Shown piece by piece: positions 10,116 through 21,796 of a DNA stretch of 64,000 bases (position 1 is its first letter; the number at the start of each line of letters is the position of its first letter). Where the stretch lies: assembly GCA_010093815.1 (NCBI GenBank), contig ML996568.1; one strand, 5' to 3'. The notes below the pieces were generated by a model. It saw only the letters and a list, made by a program, of their open reading frames with translations. It made no database searches and was not told where the DNA came from. The DNA is from Pseudovirgaria hyperparasitica. Its lineage: Eukaryota. Both the position numbers and the translations under genes were made by a program.

Positions 10116-12821
10116 ATGAGTAGATCCGAATCGTCGACCGGCTCATGGAGGGAAGGTGTGGGAAATACCGATTTCAGCAGCTTGCGCTCGGAGGGGCGTG
10201 AACCTGGTACCAGAAGGAAGAAATTGGCCGGGTATTTCAAAGCAGCGAATGAGCTAAGGCAGTCGTACCAGCAGAGCTACACAGAGGGTTGGAGAAGAGA
10301 TACACAGTTTCAAGATGTGGAAGATAATAGCCCTGGTGCCTTTCCTGATGCTACAGTGGTGCGAACCGGTGAGGAGGAAATGATACTATTTCCTAGTTAC
10401 GCGACAAAACATGTCAAGTCTAAGCCTGATCCAGATAGGAGACATGCTCCGGCAACCAGCGGAAACTTGGAAGATTCGGGGCCTGGAGACGAGGAATTTT
10501 GGCGCCTAGAGTGGCAGAAGTACGAGGATGACCATGCTGTGGTGGACGTAGATGTCAGGGGTTGGATATACACTCCGTTTAAGGGCATGATGTCACGGAA
10601 GCAGCGCATATTCATTGGACTAGCTCGCCAGCTGGTTGGAATCCCGGCCCCACCATCACAAGAAGCAACGCCCTCAGCCAGTCGGAGTTCCAGCCCTTTG
10701 CCCTATCAAGATCGACTACAAGCTAGGACATCACAACAAGAGGAGGCGTATGTTGCTAAAGAAGCCGAAGATATTATGAGAAAGGGAGAAGCTGAAGTTG
10801 AAACTGCCTCTAAGGGCCAGTATAGCGAAAGTTCTCGAAATGGTCAGGCTAGTAATACTATTCTCGGCAGCCGGAGCAGAACCACATCTCCTGATTCTAC
10901 TATGCACGCACGAATTCATGATTTGCGACACGAATCATCTGTGTCATCCATGAGAAGCAATGGCTCGAAAGACATGACTCCAATCCAGAAGCGAGCTTCG
11001 TGGAATCAGCCTGCAAATATGACCCCACAAGAGCTACGCCAAGCCAACACACATCTCATGACTCGGCTCAAACCCTTTATGGCGAGCCCAATGGCGAACA
11101 CGGCGATCAGCGTATTCTTCTATAATGAAGACATTTCGAGGCAACGGACCGTGACAACGAACGCCGCGGGTCACTTCAGCGTGCGCGCTGCGCTGGACTT
11201 CGTGCCGACACATGTACGTGTTTTGGCTTCAGAAAAGCTTTCTGCCACAGAGAAAGTCAATGTGACTCGGCCGAAGGGTGTCAGTCTGATCAGTGATGTG
11301 GATGACACCCTGAAGCATTCTGCCATTGGCAGTGGAGCCCGAGAGATTTTTCGAAATGCTTTTATTCGAGAACTTGACGACCTTACCATCGATGGTGTAC
11401 GCGATTGGTATGGCCGATTAGCTGACATGGGCGTTCAGTTCCATTATGTCTCGAATTCACCTTGGCAACTTTTCCCTGTGGTATCAAAATTCTTCACCCT
11501 TGCCGGACTCCCTCCTGGGTCTTTTCATCTAAAGCAGTACAGTGGCATGCTTCAAGGCATCTTTGAGCCTGTAGCAGAGCGCAAGAAAGGGACGCTGGAT
11601 AAGATCGCTCGGGACTTTCCCGAAAGAAAGTTTCTTTTGGTTGGTGATAGCGGTGAGGCCGATTTAGAGGTGTATACGGACTTTGTTCTCGAAAACCCTG
11701 GACGAGTTCTCGCCGTCTTCATACGAGACGTAACAACTTCCAGTGGTAGTGGGTTTTTCAACTCGTCAATGGGGCCTCTTACCGGCGATAGAGTCGGTTC
11801 AGCACGGGGCCAATCGGGAAACAGCCAAATGAGTGCTGCTGCCCGCGGGCAGAGCGACGATGATGACCCAGATTATAAGGCTGCAATAGCCGCATCGTTG
11901 CGCGACATGGAGATTGAAGAGCAGCGGAGAAGTCAGATAGATCGCTCCGAACAGAAGCCAAAGCTGCCTCCTCGCAAACCCATGGAGTCCACTTCTGCCA
12001 GAAGGCACGGTGATCAAGAGAAATTGATTGATATCTCTGACGACGAGGTACCCCTAGAGCCTAAAGGATTCGATCGCCCGACACCACAGAGGTACCCAAT
12101 AGACCGCTCTCCGGGGTGTAATCCATCGATCGAGGTTGCAAGCTCAATGTCACCCCGTTCCCAAGCCCCAATACCGCCTAGAAAACCTGTCTCACTTCGC
12201 AGTCCAGGCATCGACAATGATAACAGCACCGCTGAAGGCCATAGTCGAACCAATGAGAAGAAGCATCCACCTCCACCCCCGAAACCGCGTCGCACTTCGA
12301 CCTTGGTATCTACTACGCCATCAATCGAGGACTCCCGTGCACAGCAACGAGCTCAGCTTTGGAACCAAAGCAGACCTATTGCACCACCAAAGCCATTATC
12401 ACTTTCCGATCAACAACAGTCCTATACATCCAGTGCCAAGCAAAAGATAGTGTCTGTATACAATAATCTGCCGTCCGCTTCGTCGTATTGGTACGGAGCC
12501 CAGGACCAAGGGACGCGAGACAACTCAGGTCGTGGTGACGGCTCCATGCCATATAATAATCCGTCCTGGAATAATAGTTCCAAAATGACTGCGCAGTCAT
12601 ACAGTACCTCTTCTGGGCAAGCTGATTCAAACAGTCAATATCGACATGACTATCCTCAGGTCAACAAACGGGAACAGATGTGGAGACAACGATGGGCCCG
12701 AGCGCAGGACATTCTTGGTCAAAAAGGAGTAGTGCTTCGCAGTTGGAAAGTTGGTACTGACGCTCTTGAAGAGAGCACTAAGCTAGTCCAAAAGGCAAAC
12801 CGTGAGGTTGACGAAGGATAG
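10116..12821 (+). CDS. APP1: Phosphatidate phosphatase App1 (actin patch protein)
   Basis: HAD-like motif SLISDVDDTLK, FHYVSNSPWQL, LVGDSGEADLEVY, IRDV; Pro-rich C-terminus. First in-frame ATG is 10116, but the frame is open from at least 9780. Confidence 0.92.
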   Translation: MSRSESSTGSWREGVGNTDFSSLRSEGREPGTRRKKLAGYFKAANELRQSYQQSYTEGWRRDTQFQDVEDNSPGAFPDATVVRTGEEEMILFPSYATKHVKSKPDPDRRHAPATSGNLEDSGPGDEEFWRLEWQKYEDDHAVVDVDVRGWIYTPFKGMMSRKQRIFIGLARQLVGIPAPPSQEATPSASRSSSPLPYQDRLQARTSQQEEAYVAKEAEDIMRKGEAEVETASKGQYSESSRNGQASNTILGSRSRTTSPDSTMHARIHDLRHESSVSSMRSNGSKDMTPIQKRASWNQPANMTPQELRQANTHLMTRLKPFMASPMANTAISVFFYNEDISRQRTVTTNAAGHFSVRAALDFVPTHVRVLASEKLSATEKVNVTRPKGVSLISDVDDTLKHSAIGSGAREIFRNAFIRELDDLTIDGVRDWYGRLADMGVQFHYVSNSPWQLFPVVSKFFTLAGLPPGSFHLKQYSGMLQGIFEPVAERKKGTLDKIARDFPERKFLLVGDSGEADLEVYTDFVLENPGRVLAVFIRDVTTSSGSGFFNSSMGPLTGDRVGSARGQSGNSQMSAAARGQSDDDDPDYKAAIAASLRDMEIEEQRRSQIDRSEQKPKLPPRKPMESTSARRHGDQEKLIDISDDEVPLEPKGFDRPTPQRYPIDRSPGCNPSIEVASSMSPRSQAPIPPRKPVSLRSPGIDNDNSTAEGHSRTNEKKHPPPPPKPRRTSTLVSTTPSIEDSRAQQRAQLWNQSRPIAPPKPLSLSDQQQSYTSSAKQKIVSVYNNLPSASSYWYGAQDQGTRDNSGRGDGSMPYNNPSWNNSSKMTAQSYSTSSGQADSNSQYRHDYPQVNKREQMWRQRWARAQDILGQKGVVLRSWKVGTDALEESTKLVQKANREVDEG

Positions 12822-15016
12822 TTCTTGGGAACAAATATACTTTCAACACGACAGATCATCACTGTCTACCCCTTTCTCTCATCCTGATATGATCCTTCCA
12901 CTCTCGAGATGCTTGACTTTGACCCTCCAAAAAGCTTCTCCTCGCCAGCTGCCAGCTCATTGATCATTGGGCGTTGCCAATTCGACTCTGCGTCAAAAGG
13001 CGCCTTGCCTGTCATCCTGACAGATATATCGGGATAATCTTTGACCGGTTGATGTATCACTTTCTTGTCCTGACTCAGCACAGATCGCATTGGCTGTCGT
13101 GACGAGCTGAGTCCAGTAGTCTCGGGACTCTTATCAAATGACATGTAGTCTGTGGTGTTACTAATGAGCCAAGTAATCATTCGGAGTAGAGTCCGAGATA
13201 CTAACCCAATGCGCTACCACAGGTCAGGGTCGAGGAATTCTCATTGCAAAAGCCATTCTTTGAGATCACTTCAGTGCTGCCTCCTCCGTTTCCCTTGCTA
13301 GTCTCACTTCTAGCCTGGACTTCTGCTTTAGCATCGCTCGTCCCTATCGATACACTCATCGTGAGGTTTCTCATCGTGCTGTGGTCGACGTGGGCGCAAT
13401 ATGCTCTGATCTGAGCGATTGGGGCGCGGGGTAAAGGAATGGAATGTCGCGGGTACGCCGTTTGACGGTTCCGTGGGCCTTTAATGTTGATGCCCAAGTG
13501 CTTGTTACGTACTGAGCGGCGGGGCTCGGAAATTCACTAGGATCCTATCTTGGGGACAAATCGGCCTGTATGCAACGATATCCAATGTGTGGCATAGATA
13601 TGCACAGAACTCATCGACGATGCTCTGCAGAAGATTGCCAGGTTCCAAGGCTAGACCTGGACTGTCAGTGGCCTTGAAGAAACAGTCATATCATCCAAGC
13701 TTCGAGTGATTTCTGTCTTCTGCTGCTGCCTGCAACTCCACACCTTTGGTCATGCCACGATCATCTCATGTTATAGACTCCAGGACTCTGGTTGAATGGC
13801 ACTAAGGTACAGGAAGTGTCACACGATAGTGTGTATTCCTAACAATGTGCGATCAAGGCCCAGGCTGTGGTCTTGAGAAGACACAAGCCTTGTTCCACCC
13901 GACCGGGTGAGTCTACGTTGCGGATTCATTTTGCCAAGTCACACCTAATATATGCGAGACATATGGGCTTGTACGCTCAAACATTATGCCGAGCTTAGCT
14001 CCTTCTTCACCTTCGGATATGCATCTATAATTCGAGTCAGCGGCTGCACGGGAGATCTCGACCAGCATTCAAAGTTGGCTTCTCGACTTCAAGATTGCTA
14101 TGATTTGGGCAGAAGATTTGCTATAGGGGATATGTCCATTTATCATATCAGAGGGCGCAGTTCACATTCCAATGGTCTAGCCTTGGGAAGACGCGCATAT
14201 GATCAAAGGATTTTGTGGAAAGTGAAAGAAATTGAGCTACTTTCCTCTATCAGCATCGTCCCCGCTCGTTACTTAGCATCGCCAAGTGTGATGTCAGCAC
14301 AGCGAATCTTATGCGATACCGACAAGCGCTTGAGGTGTTCGGAATGAGCTCCGAGACGACTCGACCGTCCCTCAGCCGGCAAATACCTTGCTCCCTGGCG
14401 CATTTCTAGGGAGTGTCTCCTGCTTCTTTCAGATTCCGGGAACCATCCATCCGGGCGGGCAACATTCTTTTCTAGTCGAGGTACAGGAATCGATTACCAA
14501 CAGCTTTTTGAAATCGAAATTCCGCCGTCACACGAGTTCCACTTATCGTGGATAAATTGGGTGACTGTGGGCATGCACCACGATTGAAAGAGCCCGGTGG
14601 TGCGGCTGAGCCCATAGGAAATGCACGTAAGGGGGGGTGCCTGGTCATCATCATTAATCCAGACAATCAGACAGAGTACTATCGGCCGCCAGGATACGAT
14701 GCACATCAAAAAGAATCACTCTTGAAGCTATCTGCAAATTGCCAAAGAACTCGATTCTTCTCTCCGCCGGTGTCGATGGCAGGACGACTAAGAGATGAAA
14801 GTAGAGCTGCACGTAGCCTATCACACTGTTGGCCTTATATGTTGAGGAAGGACTCGAGGTTGACTCCAATAGGAGCATCATGTATGATATCAAAACATGT
14901 AACGACTGTTAAGGCTCAAGCACATCGGTACGTTACAGTTGAAGGCTCGTCCGAGCCTTTCAGTAGGACAGTAATCGCTGCATCACTCGTAGACCAAGTC
15001 TCCGCTTCCACCAGTA

Positions 15017-17109
15017 TTAAACCTTGATTCCGTTATCCGCCTTGACGATATCCGCACCCTTCTCTGCAAGCGCGTAGACTGCAGAACAGATATTACCCGA
15101 AACATTGTTCGGGAACGCAGAGGCATCAATGACGCGTAGGCCCTCTGCTCCCTTCACTCGCAAGTGAGAATCTAGGGCATCGCCCATGGCAACACTGCCG
15201 CAGGGGTGGTACTCCGAAAGTACGAATTCCTTGACGGCAGCCTTAGCTTGCGCAGTGTCAGTCATGTCCATGTTTTCTGGTGGGAAAACACGGCGTGCGA
15301 TCTTGGAAGAGAGGTGTTTGGATTGATGCATTTTGTTCATCATTTTCTGTGATGCGGCCAGGACGGCGACGTCAGCAGGGTGTTTGATGAATGCTGGGTC
15401 GATGGCTGGGGCTTCCTTTGGATCTACTCTTTGTCAGTCACATGCGACAAGAACGCGATTAATGACACATACCGGAGCTCTTGATGTGCACGGTGCCTCG
15501 AGATACGGGATATTGACAGCACGCCGCGAGACTTATATTGTGTGGTTTCTTGGGATCAGTTGGAGTGGGGAAGATAGACTTCTGGTTGGCCCATCCATCT
15601 TCCGTATTACAAGCTGTCGGCACCGCAACAAGTTGGAGATTAGCGGAGGTATCGCTTTCCAATTGTCGGATGATTTGCTCGAGTTGCTTCTTCTGGAACG
15701 GCGTTGAGCCGTTCGCCGTCTTTCGGATGCTTTCGACTGTTTCGGTCAATTCAGCGTCGGTCATGAACCACCTCACCGGGAGGAAGCCTTGCGTGCTGCA
15801 GATGGACGTGAGAGGACCCGAATTTTGCTCTTTGAGCATCTTCTGGGCTTGCTCCATCATTTGAGGATCGATGATTGCGTCGAGTGAGATGTTGCCCGGA
15901 GTTAGCTCGTAAGCTCCGACCGTAAGAACATGGTCTTGGAAGTTTGCACCCACTCCCTTGTTCTCGATCTTGACTTCGACACCTGCTGCGCGAAGGATCT
16001 CAGGGTCTCCAATACCCGACAGTTCAAGAATCTGTGGAGTGAGTAGAGCATCTCCGGCGACAATCACTTCCCTCTTTGACTTGACAGTGTGCTGCTGTCC
16101 ATTGTGGGTGAAGGTAGCACCGACAGCCTTTTTGCCGTTGAGTTCGATCTTTTCAACGAACGCCTCACAAAGGACGGCAAGGTTAGGACGATTCTGATTA
16201 GGTTCAAAGAAGCCTCGGGCCGCATATGATCTCTTCCCTTTGTGTGGCCCGTTTCTGGCGACCATACCAAGGGTGTTGTAGAAGCCGATGTGGTCACCAC
16301 TCCATGGGTCCATAGGTTTCTTCGTCAAGCCTGTAGCCTCATCGGCCGCCTTAATGATATCGTCTTCGATTGGTAGCCTGAAATTGTTAAAGCCAGTGCG
16401 TACTGGACCTTCCAAACCGTGATTTTCTCCTACGAAAGGCATAGTCCCTCGCTCCGTGATAGAGTCATCGAAAGGCTCAAGAGTTTGGTGCTTGCGGAAA
16501 TACTTCTTAAGGCCATTAGAGTTCCATTCTGGATCCCCCGCAAGCTCTGCCCAGTCGTCGAAGTCTGCGTCTGATCCGCGTGCATACCTATATTGAATGT
16601 GTTACTTAATCGCTCGTGGCACAAATGTTGTATACAACTGCCGAAGGTCATGCTAGGTTATCAAGAATAAAAATTTGGCTCTTACATCATATAGTTAATC
16701 GCTGTCGATCCACCGAGAGCCTTACCACGAGGATAGTGCAGGACTCTGTCTTTGAAGTTTCCCTGCATGTAATATCAGTATTTGGTGTTCAGGGTAGTGC
16801 GCCATCGGAAGTTCTTCGCACCTGTGGCTCTGAAAAGAGCATCCAGTCATAGTCGGGGTCACCCAAAGCCTGCAAATGCATGGCCGGTGTATCAACGATC
16901 ATGTCGTTGAGTTTGTTCTTTCCTGCCTCGAGTACAGCAACAGACACGTTGGGGTCTTCTGTCAACCGAGCGGCAACACAGAGGCCAGCAGCACCACCTC
17001 CAATGATGACAAAGTCATAGTCCTTGGAAAGAAACTGGTCGAGGGATGGTAGTGAGGCCGCATGACCGTTCGTACCATTGGTGTGCCCGTTGGTCCCGTT
17101 AACTGTCAT
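15017..17109 (-). CDS. GMC oxidoreductase (aryl-alcohol/glucose dehydrogenase-like), 4 exons, no signal peptide
   Basis: YDFVIIGGGAAG FAD motif, RGKALGGSTAINYM, TPQILELSGIG, VGANFQDH, EYHPCGS, LRVIDAS; introns at about 16767-16821, 16588-16685 and 15428-15472. Confidence 0.93.
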
Positions 17110-17837
17110 TTTGTGAGAATGGATGCAATGGAGATAAAGGGCTTGTAAGGTGTAGAATGTGTCCAACCTAGAGAGGGATCGAAGGTTACACGGGAACCAT
17201 AGTTTTATACACACGACAATGCAAGTAATTGCCGCGCTGTGAGCAACGCCTCCACCAGGTCACGCCGATCGCTCAAGTTTGAAGGAAAGTGCATCCAGAA
17301 ACTACCCCATGGAAGATCAGCGTCGAACCTAGGTAGGCAAAACCCATCTCAGGGACGCCAACATGGCATTGTTTGGCCAATAGTGCATCTTGTCAATCGG
17401 CAAACTAGCGCTCGGATGTGGGCCTAGTCTTCTACAGGAGACCCGTGGAGATTGGCGAGTGAATTGGAGCCGAGCGACCCCGCAACTCACAACACGCCGC
17501 CTACGCCGTTTGCTCGCCCCAGACGCCACTGTATAACTACGTTGCGCTATATGAGACGCAGATGACACATCGCCTGTGGTGTGGGGTTCCGCTTGTCCGT
17601 TCATTGAGTGGATATCAAGGTAAAATAGACACTACTCACTGGTCGAGCAGTAGGAACACCATTGTGGCGAACATAGTGTGTTTGATTGATCTGAAGCTGA
17701 TGCAAAAGAAACAATCATACCATACGGCAATTTCGATCAATCAGAACATCTTGAAGAACAAAATCTGAAAGCTTGATGTGGAGGAGACTCTTTCATCATC
17801 CGCTTGTCGACTACCAGAGCTGCTGTGGATCTCGGGG

Positions 17838-18468
17838 CTAAGAACCTACCACGTCCTCCCATCTGCACGCCCCTGCATGCAATAGTGAGTACTTGGGCCT
17901 TTTTCCATCCTTGAGGGGCACTTGGAGACCAATAGTATCGTCGTCGCTAGGATACGTCGTGATATGACCCTTCTCAGAGATATCAGAAGTATCGGCTGCT
18001 ATGACTAGCCCGTACTTGCCCCCCTGAATCCATGCATCATCTGAACTCTCTGGAAGTGTTACGTGAGCCAGGCCGGACGCGAAAAAGACATATCTAGTAT
18101 ATGATCAGCATACACCAATTCTAGATTTGTGGCTCTGCTCACTGAACGGCAGGTGCAGTATGGACCCCTCCATTATACCTGGGAGGTAGGACTGAATACG
18201 TTGCATTCGATGTGTCGCCCAAGAAGAGAGCAAGTGAGCCCGTGGTCCCCGAAACAGACGATGTCGCAAAGGGCCCAAGCTGCCAGCATTCAAGTACAGA
18301 TTTTCCATCCACAGCGTTGATGGCAGTAAGATTGAGATAACGTGTTGTAGCGTTGTTATGCGCTTGGGTAGGGCAGTCATCAGAATCTTGCACCGCTGCC
18401 ACGAGCGATGAGAGGAGACATCCTTGGATGATCGGAACAAGCAGAGGTACTAATCTAGAGAACTTCAT
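17838..18468 (-). CDS. Small secreted protein, cupin-like fungal family
   Basis: N-terminal hydrophobic signal; LTAINAVDGKSVLECWQL, HTAPAVQ/YVFFASGLAHVTLP...GLVIAADT...GHIT; one intron at about 18093-18147; TAG 17838-17840. Confidence 0.8.
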
Positions 18469-19045
18469 GTTGTTGTAGCTGTCGATTGTATGCTTCTTCG
18501 TTCAAGGTGTACGGAGATCCGACTTGAGCTTTCAGGAAAGACTGTAGCGTCGGCGGCGTCCCGCGTTATGTCGGGTAACTGCGGAAGGTGTTCAAAACAG
18601 CATTGGATGCGTAAGTGATGCCGTCATTTAAGTTTCGAGATGGATACTGCAGTTCACATCCACTATCATCTGTAGTCTGAAATTGAAATAGCATACAAAC
18701 TGCTGATCTGACATGGAGTGGTGTTTGATTGTCCAATTAGATTGCTTGTCACTGGGGAGGGCAATATCTACCACTGCTTACATGAGCATTGATGTTCAAA
18801 CTTGCGTGCGCAAAGCTCATGACATCGGCACAGATGAGTAGAATCTGATATGGTACGAGACATGGATGTAAGACTTACGAAGTCAGCCTGTCCTTGTCTC
18901 TCGGTGTGCTGCATAGACATTTTCAGAGTGAGGGCCGAGTAAACTGCAGTGCTGACCGCATAAGGGCACGCTACGAAAGACGCGATCTGATGGATCAAGC
19001 TTGATAAATTATAAAGCGTTTTTGGGTAACAAGCACATCACCACA

Positions 19046-19128
19046 GCCGCCTTGGCTAAGTGGTATAGCGCCTCACTAGTATAGCTAGGGAGATGAGGAG
19101 ATCATCAGTTCGATTCTGATAGGTGGCA
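19046..19128 (+). tRNA. tRNA-Thr(AGT) with 11-nt intron
   Basis: Acceptor stem GCCGCCT/AGGTGGC; D-arm TGGCTAAGTGGTATAGC; anticodon stem CCTCA/TGAGG with AGT at 19078-19080; intron 19082-19092 at the canonical 37/38 position; T-arm ATCAG-TTCGATT-CTGAT; T-runs downstream. Confidence 0.95.
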
Positions 19129-19625
19129 TTCTGTTTTGGAGTTTTTGTTGTCATCGAACTGACTAACACAACCATTGACTTTTTATTATGACCAGCCGAC
19201 CTGACGAAAAACTATGAATTGAAACTTGATCATGCATTCTCTGTCTTCAAGTTCTATTGTGTGTTCTACGTAAGTAGAAAATCAGTATGCCGTCACACAA
19301 GGACGAGAGATTCTGGATATAAGCGTAGAGTTGGGGCTGGCAGTCGCCGAAAAGGCGACGTCGGCATTTTGGCCGCCGGGCCTGAGCGGGGTTTGCGCCG
19401 GTAACATCTATGGACTGACTTTATAATCCGTTGAGACCTGCTTTCGATGCTTTCATGATTTCTTATAAAGCCAGGGAAAAATATCACTATAATAAGTGCT
19501 TCTCACTGTTTGAACCAATCAGGATTGTCTTACGAATGAATGTGAACCACAGATTGATAGCCTTTCGAGTCTAATCACGTACGCCGATTGAGATTCAAGA
19601 CCATATCCCCTCAACAATTTCAACC

Positions 19626-20579
19626 ATGAGAATCCTCATCACCGGTGCCGCAGGCTTCATCGGCCAGATTCTCGCCGAACAACTTCTCGCCGACCCATTG
19701 CACACCCTAATACTTACTGACATCATCGAGCCCCCTATCCCGCGCAGTGCCAAACATCCCCAGAACGCAAAATGCATCAAAGCAGATCTCTTCGACGCAT
19801 CGTCCAGTGTGGTTACTGCCGATCTAGATGCCGTATACGTCTTCCATGGCATCATGTCCTCAGGCTCCGAAGCCAACTTCGACCTTGGCATGCGCGTCAA
19901 CGTCGATGCTACACGAGCCCTCATTGATACTCTACGACACACGTGCCCGGGCGTGCGCGTTATATACGCCTCGTCCGGGGCCGTGTACGGGCATCCGCTG
20001 CCTGCTGTCCTGACTGAGAGTGTGCTACCAACGCCCGAGTCTAGTTACGGCGTTGAAAAAATGATGGGCGAGTTCCTAATCAACGAGTACACGCGGCGCG
20101 GGTTTATCAATGGATTCTCCCTCCGCTTCCCGACAATTAGTGTGCGACCGGGCAAGCCGACGGCGGCTGCATCTTCGTTTCTGAGTGGCATGGTGCGCGA
20201 GCCGCTGGCGGGCAAGGAATGTGTCATTCCGATCAAAGACCGCAGTTGGAAACATTGGCTGTGCTCGCCGCGCACACTGGTATGGAATCTGGTGCATATG
20301 CTGGGCGTGCCGGGAGATGCGCTGCCGAGGCACTTTAGGAGTGTTAATGTGCCGGGGTTCCAGGTGAGTGTGCAAGACATGATTGATGCGCTGGAGAGGG
20401 TCGGTGGGAAGGAAGCAGTAGCGTTGTTGCGTGAAGAGGAGGAGCCAGAGACGAAGCGGATATTGATGAGTTGGGCGGATAACTATGACAACACGTTGGC
20501 GATCAAATTGGGAATGAAACAAGACAGTAATTTCGAGCAGAATATAAGAGACTATATTGAGGATGTTAGAGAGGCGTGA
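19626..20579 (+). CDS. NAD-dependent epimerase/dehydratase, extended SDR (D-erythronate dehydrogenase DenD-like)
   Basis: Intronless 317 aa; TGAAGFIG, SSGAVYG, SYGVEK (YxxxK), RFPTISVRPGKPTAAASSFLSGMVREPL. Confidence 0.88.
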   Translation: MRILITGAAGFIGQILAEQLLADPLHTLILTDIIEPPIPRSAKHPQNAKCIKADLFDASSSVVTADLDAVYVFHGIMSSGSEANFDLGMRVNVDATRALIDTLRHTCPGVRVIYASSGAVYGHPLPAVLTESVLPTPESSYGVEKMMGEFLINEYTRRGFINGFSLRFPTISVRPGKPTAAASSFLSGMVREPLAGKECVIPIKDRSWKHWLCSPRTLVWNLVHMLGVPGDALPRHFRSVNVPGFQVSVQDMIDALERVGGKEAVALLREEEEPETKRILMSWADNYDNTLAIKLGMKQDSNFEQNIRDYIEDVREA

Positions 20580-21796
20580 AAGTGGGAAGCAGTAAGTCTG
20601 TATGATACAAAATGCTCCTGAACGTCAGTCAAAGTCCTTAGTTCACCTGAACCGTGCTTACTGTCAACGCTTTCAAAGCCACAACGCGAATCCTTTGAAA
20701 AATCTATTATCCTCGTCCAAGTCTACATTTCCAATGCGAGCCATGGCCTCGCTGACTACGCTCAAAGGTAATGTTCACAGTACTTTATCCGGCTACCAAT
20801 CGACGTCCGGGTGAAGTCAGTGCAATGTAATCGTAGGTCCGAAGATACATTTCCAAAAATAGAGCGAAACTCGCAACAAAAAGTGGTCGGTATACAACGT
20901 TGGTGACTACATGCTCGCAAGGTAGCGAGCTTTTGTAATGCTTGAGATGCCTAGGTGCGAGTCTGGAGGAGTGTTTGGCCTCTCGGTCTTACAGATTGAT
21001 CTTCTTGAGTTATACATATGTAGAAACTCGTTCTCGGCAGCATGCGAGTATATGGTGTCAAGTCATAGCCTACGCTCGATTTCATTCGCAAATCATGTTG
21101 CACTACGCCCAAAACGTTGTGACACGAGATCGAGGCAGTAATGTGCCTGGCGAAGATTCTTGACTAGCAGATGTATGACTATACTTCAGAAGAGGTCTGC
21201 TCAGCCAAAACATGATTCTCGGAAGGGGAAACGAGTTTGGGTTAGAACAAAGGCGACTATGTCACATGGATTTGCTGTGAAGATTTCGCCTGTGTAAAAA
21301 CCGCTGGACCCAGTACTTCAGAGGCTTCAGAATTTGAGAAGCGTTCGCAAGCACTTACTTAATTGAGCGGGAATCCGTGCCGAAAGATCAGACTTGGGTT
21401 CCGTCAAATACACGTGATACGACAAGGTTTAGCTATCATTGTCGCATAGTTCCCAGGATTTGCGGATTATTCCGATCTGTTCCGTTCCGATGTCGGAGAT
21501 AGTGGGCAAGATGACCAGAGCATCCTCGTCGTATGGCAGTAATTGCCATTCCAGGAGTAGGGCCGAGTCAGGTCGCATGTTGCTCCAGTATTTGTGTATG
21601 TCCATTGACGTTGGGGGCTCGGAGACGCGCTGAGTATCGCTGATCGCGAAGTAGGTCCCGACTCATGATCTCGGTGCATACAGGAGGGGAATACACTATC
21701 ATACTCTTGAGACATGGCACCAAAAGCAGGTATCACCTGCCCGCCTCGTCACGCAACATTGTAGGCCATATAGTGTATATCATCAACTTGTTCGGG

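Noticed and set aside
12866..14900. Short ORFs between APP1 and the GMC gene
   Set aside because: Fragments lie in different frames with many stops and no recognisable motif; may be a very old relic, but I cannot support it.
15017..15030. GMC C-terminus IKV as PTS1, and cryptic PTS1 by readthrough in other genes
   Set aside because: IKV is not a canonical PTS1, and none of the stop codons I checked has a TGA-CTA context followed by an SKL-like end.
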